A stretch of 64,000 nt of DNA from a virus (Duplodnaviria > Caudoviricetes). The notes under the pieces were generated by a model. The model did no database searches. It was not told the origin of the DNA and saw nothing but the letters and a program-made list of their open reading frames with translations. Position 1 is the stretch's first letter. Each line of letters opens with the position of its first letter. The DNA lies in the IMG/VR virus record IMGVR_UViG_3300037264_002561, positions 895 to 64,894 of that record; one strand, 5' to 3'. The translations under genes and the position numbers were made by a program. Positions 17,440 through 26,010 of this stretch are shown one piece after another.

Positions 17440-19773
17440 GTGGCGAAAGCAGGAGTGATCGACTTCGGGCTCCGCTTCCTCTACTTCACCAACGCCGCTT
17501 CCGTGACCCGGGCCCTTCAGAACGCCAACGATCAGGTAGCTGGTATAGCCGGGGGGGTTGGAAAGTCCCCCCAAGAGAAGAGACTCAACAGCCTCTCGGC
17601 CCGTATCACTGAGTCCCTCATCGGCCTCGGTATTCCTTTGGCTCTGGCCTCTGGCTTCCTTCAGGCCGCGGGAGGAGCTGCGGCGTTCGCTGAACAAGTC
17701 CAACGAGTCCAGATCGTCACGGGCCAGCTTGGAAGTGACCTGGGAACGATCTCGAGCCGCTTCATGCGGCTGGCCAACAGCACAGGGCAGTCCGCCGAAT
17801 CGATCGCTACGGTAGCCGAGATCATCGGAACGAAGGGTTTGGCAAGCCGGCTCTCTGGAGGTCAATTCGAGGATCTTCTGGGAACGACCGCCAAGTTCGC
17901 CCAACTCACCAAGCTGTCGATGACCACGGCCGGCGAACAACTCAGCGACGTGGCCGTCCAACTCCGGTTCTTCGAGAACGAGGGCCCGGACATCTTCCAT
18001 CGCTTCACGAGCGCCATCCAGGCCGTCGGTAAGGCGTCGGTGTCGGACTCGAAGCAAGTCCTCGAGTTCGTCAAGGCCTTGGCCCCTCTGCGTGTGGAAG
18101 GCAACTTCGCGCTTCACGAGATCATTGGCTTGGCCGGCGCCGTGAAGTCCTTCGGTGGTGAGATTACCAAGAGTCTCGTGCGGACCCAGTTCGGAGCCAT
18201 GTTCGGGAAGATGGCCACGAACACTGAGGAGTTCTCCAAGTTCCTAGGGATTGGTTCCTCTCAGAAGCTCACGCAGATGCTCAACGAGACGCCATTCAAG
18301 GCGATGCTCTTGTTGGCCAAGAAGCTTCAACCTCTGCGCGGGAACCTCGGCGACATGCGTAAGAAGCTCGACGAACTCGGGCTATCGGGTCAACGACTGG
18401 CTCCGTTCATGGCTGGTCTCGCTGGCCAGATCGATCTTGTCCAGAGCACCACCGAGCTGGCACGGAAGAACCTCAGTGGCCTGTCGGACGTTCTCGAAGA
18501 AGACTTCCTGACCCTCTTGGACACGGCTACGAAGCAAGCCGAGCTACTTCGGGCAAAGCTCCACAGCATCGGGCTCGTTGTTGGAGAGACCATCCTCCCG
18601 GCCCTGACAGTGGTCCTGAAGATCTTCAACCTTGTGGCTGGTGCTGTTTACGCGTTGGCCGACACGGCCGGTGGTAAGTTCCTCATCTTGGTAGGGTTCA
18701 TTGCTTCCGTCGGGACGGCGGCCATTTCGTCCTTCAATGCCATCAGTTCGATGATGGTCATGTTCGGTGGTCCTGCTCTTGGAGCAGCTCTGTGGACTGT
18801 ATTCGCCCTCTTTGGAGAGATCTTCGGCATTGCGATGCTTGTTGTAGGAGCGTTTAAGCTCATTGCGCCGATCTTCAAGAACCTCTTTGGAGCCGGGTTG
18901 TCGCTGTTGACCGAGAACATCTCACTCATCTATGAAGGCGTGACGGGGTTCCTGGAGGGGCCGATCAGTGTCTCCCTCTTCCAGAAGATCGTTGATGCCG
19001 GCCTCTTCCCGATCGTTCAGGTGATTCTGATGATGATCGACCACTGGGGCGACTTCAAGAAGGGGTTCATGGAGGGGCTTATCCTCATCACGGATGCAAG
19101 CGGACCCTTCGTGGACATGGTCAAAGACTTCTTCGAGTACCTGAATGAAATGGCCGTTTTCAAGCTCTCGATGGACGATGGAGGGAAAGCTGCCAAGGAA
19201 CTTGGCCGAACTCTCGGCCATCTCTTCTTCTTGACGGTTAGTGGGATCCTTCAGATCGGCCAAGGTCTACTGGAACTTACACGGATTCTTCTCAAGCTGG
19301 CTTATGTGGCAACCAACCCGCTCGTTCTAGCTGCCCTCGGTGCTCTCGGCGGTTTCATGATCGGTGGAGCTCCGGGGGCCGGTCTCGGAGCTATTGCCGG
19401 ACTCGTTGGGGCAGCATCAATGGGGATGCGGTGGGCTCCTATGGCTCAACCCGTTAATCGACCGGCCTTTGCCTTCAAGAATAATCAATTCGTAGGAGCG
19501 ACGACGGGGGCCGCGGCCGGTGGCGATTTGACTTCGGCTTTGCCTATGATCGGTAAAGCGTTGAGGCAAGGCTATCTAACGCCCGAAACTGGGAAACCTC
19601 TTTTGACTGCACAAGTCAGAGGCGACGTTCGACTCGACGCGGTACGCGTTGGGGAAGTCCTTTCCCATACTCAACGAAGACTCAATTTGCGACAAGGTGG
19701 AGTTGTCGATGATCTCGACACCATGGCGGCTGATCTGATGCCCGCCGATAGATCGTCGGGACGGGGATTCTAG
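17440..19773 (+). CDS. Tail tape measure protein
   Basis: 777 aa helical, TP901-like core then hydrophobic segments; AAGGAGGTG RBS. Confidence 0.88.
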   Translation: MAKAGVIDFGLRFLYFTNAASVTRALQNANDQVAGIAGGVGKSPQEKRLNSLSARITESLIGLGIPLALASGFLQAAGGAAAFAEQVQRVQIVTGQLGSDLGTISSRFMRLANSTGQSAESIATVAEIIGTKGLASRLSGGQFEDLLGTTAKFAQLTKLSMTTAGEQLSDVAVQLRFFENEGPDIFHRFTSAIQAVGKASVSDSKQVLEFVKALAPLRVEGNFALHEIIGLAGAVKSFGGEITKSLVRTQFGAMFGKMATNTEEFSKFLGIGSSQKLTQMLNETPFKAMLLLAKKLQPLRGNLGDMRKKLDELGLSGQRLAPFMAGLAGQIDLVQSTTELARKNLSGLSDVLEEDFLTLLDTATKQAELLRAKLHSIGLVVGETILPALTVVLKIFNLVAGAVYALADTAGGKFLILVGFIASVGTAAISSFNAISSMMVMFGGPALGAALWTVFALFGEIFGIAMLVVGAFKLIAPIFKNLFGAGLSLLTENISLIYEGVTGFLEGPISVSLFQKIVDAGLFPIVQVILMMIDHWGDFKKGFMEGLILITDASGPFVDMVKDFFEYLNEMAVFKLSMDDGGKAAKELGRTLGHLFFLTVSGILQIGQGLLELTRILLKLAYVATNPLVLAALGALGGFMIGGAPGAGLGAIAGLVGAASMGMRWAPMAQPVNRPAFAFKNNQFVGATTGAAAGGDLTSALPMIGKALRQGYLTPETGKPLLTAQVRGDVRLDAVRVGEVLSHTQRRLNLRQGGVVDDLDTMAADLMPADRSSGRGF

Positions 19774-20411
19774 TGTTCTTCTACGACCCCCAATCTGCCC
19801 GGCGTGGATACCTAGCAATGCTCGACGGCCCGTCGGCCGGTCTGACGTTCACGTTCCCAATGAACCCGGAGTCGTTGAAAGAGAGCCACTCAGTAAACTA
19901 CGGCGACCACCAGATCATCGGTCGCTCTCATCCTCGGTCTGGATACGTTTCGGGTGGCCCGCGCGAGATCATCCTCGAGTTCGACCTCGATGCCAAGAAC
20001 GAAAGCATGGGGTTCGAGATGGTTGGGGTGGCAGTTTTCAGACGAGGAGTCAATATCTCACTCGACGCCTCGAATACGCTTCCTCTTGTTCGCGACCCTC
20101 TCGAAAAGCTCGACGCCTGTTTGCGTTTCATCCAGGCCCTTACTTATCCGCGTGAGTTCACGCGCGAGCGTTCGATCGCTGGCGAAGTCATTTCGGGCCC
20201 CCCGAAGGTTCTCTTCGTGTGGGGCGATCGGCGGATCCGCTGTATCGTTCGCGATTACAGCGTCGAAGAGAGGGAATGGGATCCCGATCTCAAGATCCTT
20301 CGGGCCCACGTGAGTATGAATCTCCACGAACAGCCAAGTCGCCCGGTAACTTTCCAGAGCAAGCACGAGTGGGGAGACACCCAAGAGTTGCTCGAAGTCA
20401 TGGGGTCGTGA
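19773..20411 (+). CDS. Baseplate tube-initiator (CIS tube-like) protein
   Basis: FPMNPESL, GGPREIILEF, GPPKVLFVWG, RAHVSMNLHE. Confidence 0.75.
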   Translation: MFFYDPQSARRGYLAMLDGPSAGLTFTFPMNPESLKESHSVNYGDHQIIGRSHPRSGYVSGGPREIILEFDLDAKNESMGFEMVGVAVFRRGVNISLDASNTLPLVRDPLEKLDACLRFIQALTYPREFTRERSIAGEVISGPPKVLFVWGDRRIRCIVRDYSVEEREWDPDLKILRAHVSMNLHEQPSRPVTFQSKHEWGDTQELLEVMGS

Positions 20412-20418
20412 GGTAGCC

Positions 20419-20748
20419 ATGGCTTTCCAGTCCCGTATGTCCCGGTACAACGGAGCCGAAGTCATCGCGGACGAGAAGTTGCTCCGTAATCGGATTACGA
20501 TCTTCATCAGCGGCTCTCTCTCATTCCCCTACGAGGACGTCCCAGAGAATCTCCGCTACATCGTTCGGCAGGGCGATCGTATCGACCACTTGGCGACCGC
20601 CTTTTACGGTAACCCTCGTCTTTGGTGGGTTCTCGTCGAGTTCCAGAAAAATCCCCTCCAGAACCCCTGGGTCCTCAAACCGGGCCTCGAGCTCTTTATT
20701 CCCTCCTACACCTACATTGCTGCCAAGATCCTCCGGGGGGCCTCGTGA
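20419..20748 (+). CDS. LysM/gpX-like baseplate protein
   Basis: YIVRQGDRIDHLATAFYGNPRLWW...PGLELFIP. Confidence 0.85.
   Translation: MAFQSRMSRYNGAEVIADEKLLRNRITIFISGSLSFPYEDVPENLRYIVRQGDRIDHLATAFYGNPRLWWVLVEFQKNPLQNPWVLKPGLELFIPSYTYIAAKILRGAS
20485..20499. repeat. Dispersed palindrome copy 4 (CGTAATCGGATTACG)
   Basis: Perfect; intragenic, read as RNRIT. Confidence 0.85.
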
Positions 20749-22469
20749 ACGGGGATCTTCAGTCTGTGCTCAGGATCCAGGTCTTGAGCCCACGGCTTCA
20801 GGAAACGGGAGGTGATCCGCGCCTCCCACTCGCTAACGAAGAACTCCGCAAGCGATTGACCGATGTAACGATCCGGGAGTCAAACTCCTCGGCCGCTGAG
20901 CTGACGATCACCCTCGAGAACGAAGACCTCTACTGGATCGACAATTCAGTAGAAAATGGAGGGGCGGACGTCTTCGTCGAGGGTGCTCAAATCGAAGTTC
21001 AGATGGGCTACCTGAACACCGACGATGCAGAGAATGACCAGCTAGGCCCTGTCCGGACTTTCGTCATTGCCGGCAAGCCGAACATCTCTCGGGACAAGAT
21101 CACCGTCAAGGCCATCACACACGCGCAAGTCGCCCTCGGGGGGAGGATGGTTCCTCTCTGGTATCCCCCCCAGAAGATCAGCGTTCTCGTGGATGATGTT
21201 CTCGAAAAAGCTGGGTTCGACATCAATCACCGAGTTATCCAGGATACCGAGTTCGAGGTTCACGACGTCGTTTCGCATGCAGGAGAGACGCAGCACGCTT
21301 TCTTACACCGACTCGCTCTTTCGATGAACTACCGCTTCTACGTTCTTCCTCATCCGACGGATGGAAAGTACGTGACCCACTTTCACAAACCCGGCTGGAT
21401 TCCCAGTACGGGTGGGTTGACCGCTTCTCCTCCTTCGGCGGGAGATGTCAAGACGGTCGGGAACTTGAAGGGCGTCGGAAACGATGGGGTCATGACTATC
21501 GTCAAGCCGTCGATCGCTTTGGGTCCAGCCCAAGAATTGCAAGAGGATGCGGAGCGGACACTCGCTCTTCTAGCAGAACGGCTTCCGTCCAAAGTTCAGG
21601 TTCGACCCAACCCTGACCAGGGTTTCTCCAAGACCGGAAACGGGAACATCCCGGTCATCTCGACGTTCTTCCACTATCGCCCATCCCCGGAGAACGAGAA
21701 TGACTTCTTGGACTTCAGCATCCGCTATGAAACGGATGGAACACCGGCTTCCATGAACGCGGTCGGAGTCGACGAAGAAGAAGGGAAAGTGGTCGACGAG
21801 TTCGTCAGCGAGAAGGACAAGGACGAATATGCCCTCTCTCCGCGCAACGACTACGCCGCCCCCGACGATCAGGACAAGGCAACTGCCAAGAACCCCTTGG
21901 GACAGACCATAGCGGCAAGTCTCTTCGCGACTACCCCCGACCTCTTGTTCAATCCGGCGGTAACTGAACCATCGGCTACTCCTCCTCCCCGACTGACGGT
22001 CCAGGATCTCGCGGTGGGACGAGTTCGGAGTCCATCAGGACGCGTGTATTACACCCTGATGGCGGCTCATAAGCCTGAACAAGCCCGAGCCCACGCCAAA
22101 GCCAAACTCGAAGGAAGTCAACTTCCCGTAGCCCTCTCGATCACCACGATGGGTCGCCCTCGGGTCTATGCGGGAGATCTCGCCAAGGTCGAGGGCCTCA
22201 AGATGTTCGATGCGATCTACATCATCGAAGATCATGTCCAGAAGTACGGCTCGGGGGGATATACGAGCGAGTTCTCTCTCAAGACTGATGGAGTCAACGA
22301 CCTCACCAAGCCTGCAACCCCCCGTAAGTCAGTAACTCTCGATGACGCCCTCCTGATCTCGCGGAGTCGCAGCGCTCAAGGAAAAGTCTCGATCGATGTC
22401 ATCGCCAAGAGTGATGGTTCTGTGAGGGTCTCTTTCATTGGGCCCACGCCCTTGAAGGAGGACCAATGA
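20745..22469 (+). CDS. Baseplate hub (gpD/gp27-like)
   Basis: IEVQMGY, ETQHAFLHRLA, GRPRVYAG...YIIE..Q.Y..GGYTSEF; GTGA overlap. Confidence 0.75.
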   Translation: MNGDLQSVLRIQVLSPRLQETGGDPRLPLANEELRKRLTDVTIRESNSSAAELTITLENEDLYWIDNSVENGGADVFVEGAQIEVQMGYLNTDDAENDQLGPVRTFVIAGKPNISRDKITVKAITHAQVALGGRMVPLWYPPQKISVLVDDVLEKAGFDINHRVIQDTEFEVHDVVSHAGETQHAFLHRLALSMNYRFYVLPHPTDGKYVTHFHKPGWIPSTGGLTASPPSAGDVKTVGNLKGVGNDGVMTIVKPSIALGPAQELQEDAERTLALLAERLPSKVQVRPNPDQGFSKTGNGNIPVISTFFHYRPSPENENDFLDFSIRYETDGTPASMNAVGVDEEEGKVVDEFVSEKDKDEYALSPRNDYAAPDDQDKATAKNPLGQTIAASLFATTPDLLFNPAVTEPSATPPPRLTVQDLAVGRVRSPSGRVYYTLMAAHKPEQARAHAKAKLEGSQLPVALSITTMGRPRVYAGDLAKVEGLKMFDAIYIIEDHVQKYGSGGYTSEFSLKTDGVNDLTKPATPRKSVTLDDALLISRSRSAQGKVSIDVIAKSDGSVRVSFIGPTPLKEDQ

Positions 22470-23008
22470 TCTGCGCCGGCATCGTCAAGAACTCCGTCGA
22501 CCCAGCCAAGCGCGGCCGGGTCAAGATGGTCATCCCCGAAATCTCGGGCCCCGACTGCGAGAGTGACTGGATCCCTGTGGTATGGCCACCGGGGGACAAG
22601 GGAACGGTGAAGAATGGGGACACGCTTGTCGTCGTAGCCCGGGTCTCGAACGGGAAGACCTTCGCCTATGCCGTCGGACAGAGCTACTCCTCTCCCCAGG
22701 GAGTTGGATCTCTCGCCCCCTTGGCGTCGATCATGAATCCGGCGGAGTTCTCCAAGACCAAGGTCATCGGTATCAATCCGGCCAACCAAGAGAAGCTGCG
22801 CATCCAGATCCTTGGCACGAGCGCCTACATCGAAATCGACTCCGTCGCGAGCGTCATCACGATCAATCCCGGCAACAACGACATCATCTTGACCCCCGGG
22901 GGTGCCCGAGTTGCTGTCGAGGGGGATCCTGTCCAGGTCAATACGAAGACCGGGCGCGGTAGGATCACCCAGGGTTCGGCTCCGATGCAGGCGAGGTTGC
23001 GTTCGTGA
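22466..23008 (+). CDS. Baseplate spike (gpV/gp5 OB-fold)
   Basis: GIVKNSVDPAKRGRVKMVIP...SDW; C-terminal VAVEGD.V...GRITQGS. Confidence 0.8.
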   Translation: MICAGIVKNSVDPAKRGRVKMVIPEISGPDCESDWIPVVWPPGDKGTVKNGDTLVVVARVSNGKTFAYAVGQSYSSPQGVGSLAPLASIMNPAEFSKTKVIGINPANQEKLRIQILGTSAYIEIDSVASVITINPGNNDIILTPGGARVAVEGDPVQVNTKTGRGRITQGSAPMQARLRS

Positions 23009-23694
23009 CGACTCTCACTGTCGGGGACTTCGATGCCGACGAGCAGGAGGCCATCACCCTTCGCCTCCAGTTTTACGCAAGCGACATCGCCTTCTACACC
23101 CAGACCATCGCCGAACAGGCCGACAAGTTCAACAAGGTGGCCTATCTCGACTCGGCGGCCCAGAAGGTCCAGGACGCCAATGTTGCTGCGGTCCTGACGA
23201 TCCTCCATGCCATTGTCACTCAACGAGACATCGACCAGCCGACTGAAGCTCCTCACACCATCAAGTTTGAGCCCCCCGATGAGGACGATCCTTCGTTCCC
23301 GGTGATCCTCCCCGATCTGACGGCAGCCGATGACCTTCCAACCTACCTGGCGGCTGTTCCCGGGTACGCTACTCCCTTCTCTACTGCTACCCTCACGAAC
23401 GGAGATCTTTCCATCCCGAACGGGGGGTGGGAGCTCTGGCACTTCAATCCTGGTGGCGGTCCGCCGGCTATGGAGCGCGATCCCGTTCAGCCGACCGTTG
23501 GGGAGCTGACCGTCGGCTATCCTCCGAACCTCGTTGAGTTCGATGATCGGGACGAGGAGCGTCTCAACGACGAAATCGGTTCTTACGTCCTCAAGAGTCT
23601 CATCGTGAGTCAGGTCGGAGTGAACACGAACCTCCTCGCGCTCTACACGCAACGCAAAGAGTTCTGGGAAAGCGTAGGGTTCACAGGTGGCTGA
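23005..23694 (+). CDS. Hypothetical baseplate-region protein
   Basis: GTGA overlap; good codon usage. Confidence 0.65.
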   Translation: MTTLTVGDFDADEQEAITLRLQFYASDIAFYTQTIAEQADKFNKVAYLDSAAQKVQDANVAAVLTILHAIVTQRDIDQPTEAPHTIKFEPPDEDDPSFPVILPDLTAADDLPTYLAAVPGYATPFSTATLTNGDLSIPNGGWELWHFNPGGGPPAMERDPVQPTVGELTVGYPPNLVEFDDRDEERLNDEIGSYVLKSLIVSQVGVNTNLLALYTQRKEFWESVGFTGG

Positions 23695-24127
23695 GTACGC
23701 TGGAGTCGTCTGGCCTTTGCACCTCAACTCCAAGGGCGACTATGCCAAGGGGTCTCAACGAGACGTCCTCAAGTCCGACATCCGGACCGTTCTCCAGACT
23801 CGACGCTTCCAATCCCTCGAGTCGGGGGGCGAACGTCTCATGCGGCCTGGAGCCTTCGGGCTCGTCCCAGTGGTCATCTTCGACATCTTCAATCCGGACA
23901 TTCTCACCCCCCTCATCAAGGCCTGGGTAGAGGATGCTCTCTACCATCTCGTGCGAGCTGGTAAGATGGAAGTCCTGGACCTGCGGGTGACGCCTTACTA
24001 CAAGCCCACGGAAGGCTACCGGATCTTCATCAAGTACCTCGTCAAGGAAGAGAACATGCGGGATGAGTACGAGACGGAGATCGAAACGATCCGGCCGGCG
24101 TCCGCCGAGAACTCTGGTAGGTTCTGA
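23687..24127 (+). CDS. Baseplate wedge gp25/gpW-like protein
   Basis: IRTVLQT...GERLMRP..FG motif. Confidence 0.8.
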   Translation: MAEYAGVVWPLHLNSKGDYAKGSQRDVLKSDIRTVLQTRRFQSLESGGERLMRPGAFGLVPVVIFDIFNPDILTPLIKAWVEDALYHLVRAGKMEVLDLRVTPYYKPTEGYRIFIKYLVKEENMRDEYETEIETIRPASAENSGRF

Positions 24128-26010
24128 TGCCTCTCGCAATCACGACGACTCCTGACGTCAAGTACACCGACAAAGAGCAGGAAGCCATCTTCCGGATGCT
24201 CGTCCAGCTCTTCAAGACCCGCCACCCGGGGGTCGTGACAGACTTCGCTAGCTCGAACGTCGTCACAGCCATCCTTGATGCCCTGGCTACGATCGGAGAC
24301 CAAACGGCGTACTACCAGGACGCCCAGGCGCGCGAGGTCTTTCCGACGACAGCCAAACTCCGTTCGAGCCTCACCAAGTACGCAGCTTCGATTGGGTACC
24401 AGCCGCGTAGCCGGGTGGCAGCAACGGCTCAGGTGCGGATCACCCTCGTGGAAGATTCGGCGTTCGACACCCTCATCCCATCGGGGTCGATCTTCTTCAC
24501 GGCAGACACCCGGCCCCTTCGCTTCCGCTCGCTCGGTGACGCCACACTCCCGGCTGGTGCTGCTGGGGACTCGATCCTCATCTACGTCGAGCATTCCGAG
24601 TCCATCCTCGAGACATTCGTGGCTGACGGCACCCCGTTCAAGCCCTACACGACTTCTCGGTTCCCCGTACTCCAATCCGGCATCGACGATCTCGGAGATC
24701 TCGCGGACGACGTGATCGCCATCACGCTCGACACCATCCCGGTCACAATCGTCCCCAACTTCGACGACAGCGAGCCTACAAGTCTCCATGCCCGTACCGA
24801 GTTCGACAACGATGGGCGCCTTATCGTCATCCCTGGAGACGGACGGACGGGGGTGGCGTTCAACGGGATCCTGGAAGTGCGCGCCCGCACAGGGGGAGGA
24901 GAGATCGGAAACGGGGCCCGCATCACCCAGGGTCCATCCCTCAGCAACAACAACGGTGATCCCGTTGCTCTCTCGTTCTCCAACAGCGTCCTCTCCTCGG
25001 GCGGTGCTGACGAAGAGTCCCTCGAAGAGATCCGCATCCAGGCCCCGCTCAGCCTCCAGTCGAACAACCGGACAGTGAGCTATCAGGACTTCATCACCAA
25101 CACCGAGAGCGTTCCCGGGATCGACCGGGCCTTGCCGTTCACTTCCAACGAGGATCCAACCGTGGAAGAGAACGCCACGGAAGTCGTCGTCCTGACGGAC
25201 AGTCCAACGAATGCTCAGCTCATTGGTGGCAATACCGCGGTCACTTCAATGACGACGGCCGTCGATGATCGCGTTCGGATCCAGGTTAATGGGGAGAGCA
25301 CGAAGACGTTCGATCTGGGCAGCCAGGTGTCTGGAGAAGACATCGCTGCTGCTCTACAGGCAGCCATTCGAGCGGAAACTCCGGACTTTCCTCTGGATAC
25401 CGCAGAGGCCTACTCGGGGTTCCTGGTCGAGTTCGATACGGTGAACCAGCGCTACATCCTCACGAATGGCTTGGCCGGTCTCCCATCAAGCATCGAAGTG
25501 GTCACTGGATCCAACGACGCGACGGCCAACATGAAGTTGACTCTCGGAACCCGGGCTTCCAATACCCTGGGGGCTTCTCCCTCGGCCGGGACGATCGCGG
25601 CCGTGCTTCAAGTCCTCACGGTCGACAAGCCGGTGATGGTGACTCATGATGTTGAAGTCTTCGGGCCGTCTATCCAACCAATCTTCGTGAAGAGCACCGT
25701 GCGTCTGGCGGCGGACGTCACAACGGCGGCAGCGAAGGTCGTCGTCCGAAACACAATCCGTACCAACGTGGCGCTCCTCTTCTCTCCTCGCCTCTCGACC
25801 GGCATCGCCAATCCCGAGATGGACTTCGGGGCCACGATCCGGTTCTCGGACGTCATCTCGATCATCAACAACACTGAGGGTGTCGAGTCGGTGGACGAGG
25901 ATCTCTTCTACCTCAATGACACCTCGGACGATGTGGTCGTAGACGTGCGCGAATTCCCCGTCTTGGTAGGAGTCGAGATCAAGGATGCCTCTACGGGCCA
26001 GGTGATCTGA
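24127..26010 (+). CDS. Baseplate J / gp6-like wedge protein
   Basis: YYQDAQARE, GGGEIGN, GGADEESLEEIR, RTVSYQDF, EGVESV. Confidence 0.88.
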   Translation: MPLAITTTPDVKYTDKEQEAIFRMLVQLFKTRHPGVVTDFASSNVVTAILDALATIGDQTAYYQDAQAREVFPTTAKLRSSLTKYAASIGYQPRSRVAATAQVRITLVEDSAFDTLIPSGSIFFTADTRPLRFRSLGDATLPAGAAGDSILIYVEHSESILETFVADGTPFKPYTTSRFPVLQSGIDDLGDLADDVIAITLDTIPVTIVPNFDDSEPTSLHARTEFDNDGRLIVIPGDGRTGVAFNGILEVRARTGGGEIGNGARITQGPSLSNNNGDPVALSFSNSVLSSGGADEESLEEIRIQAPLSLQSNNRTVSYQDFITNTESVPGIDRALPFTSNEDPTVEENATEVVVLTDSPTNAQLIGGNTAVTSMTTAVDDRVRIQVNGESTKTFDLGSQVSGEDIAAALQAAIRAETPDFPLDTAEAYSGFLVEFDTVNQRYILTNGLAGLPSSIEVVTGSNDATANMKLTLGTRASNTLGASPSAGTIAAVLQVLTVDKPVMVTHDVEVFGPSIQPIFVKSTVRLAADVTTAAAKVVVRNTIRTNVALLFSPRLSTGIANPEMDFGATIRFSDVISIINNTEGVESVDEDLFYLNDTSDDVVVDVREFPVLVGVEIKDASTGQVI

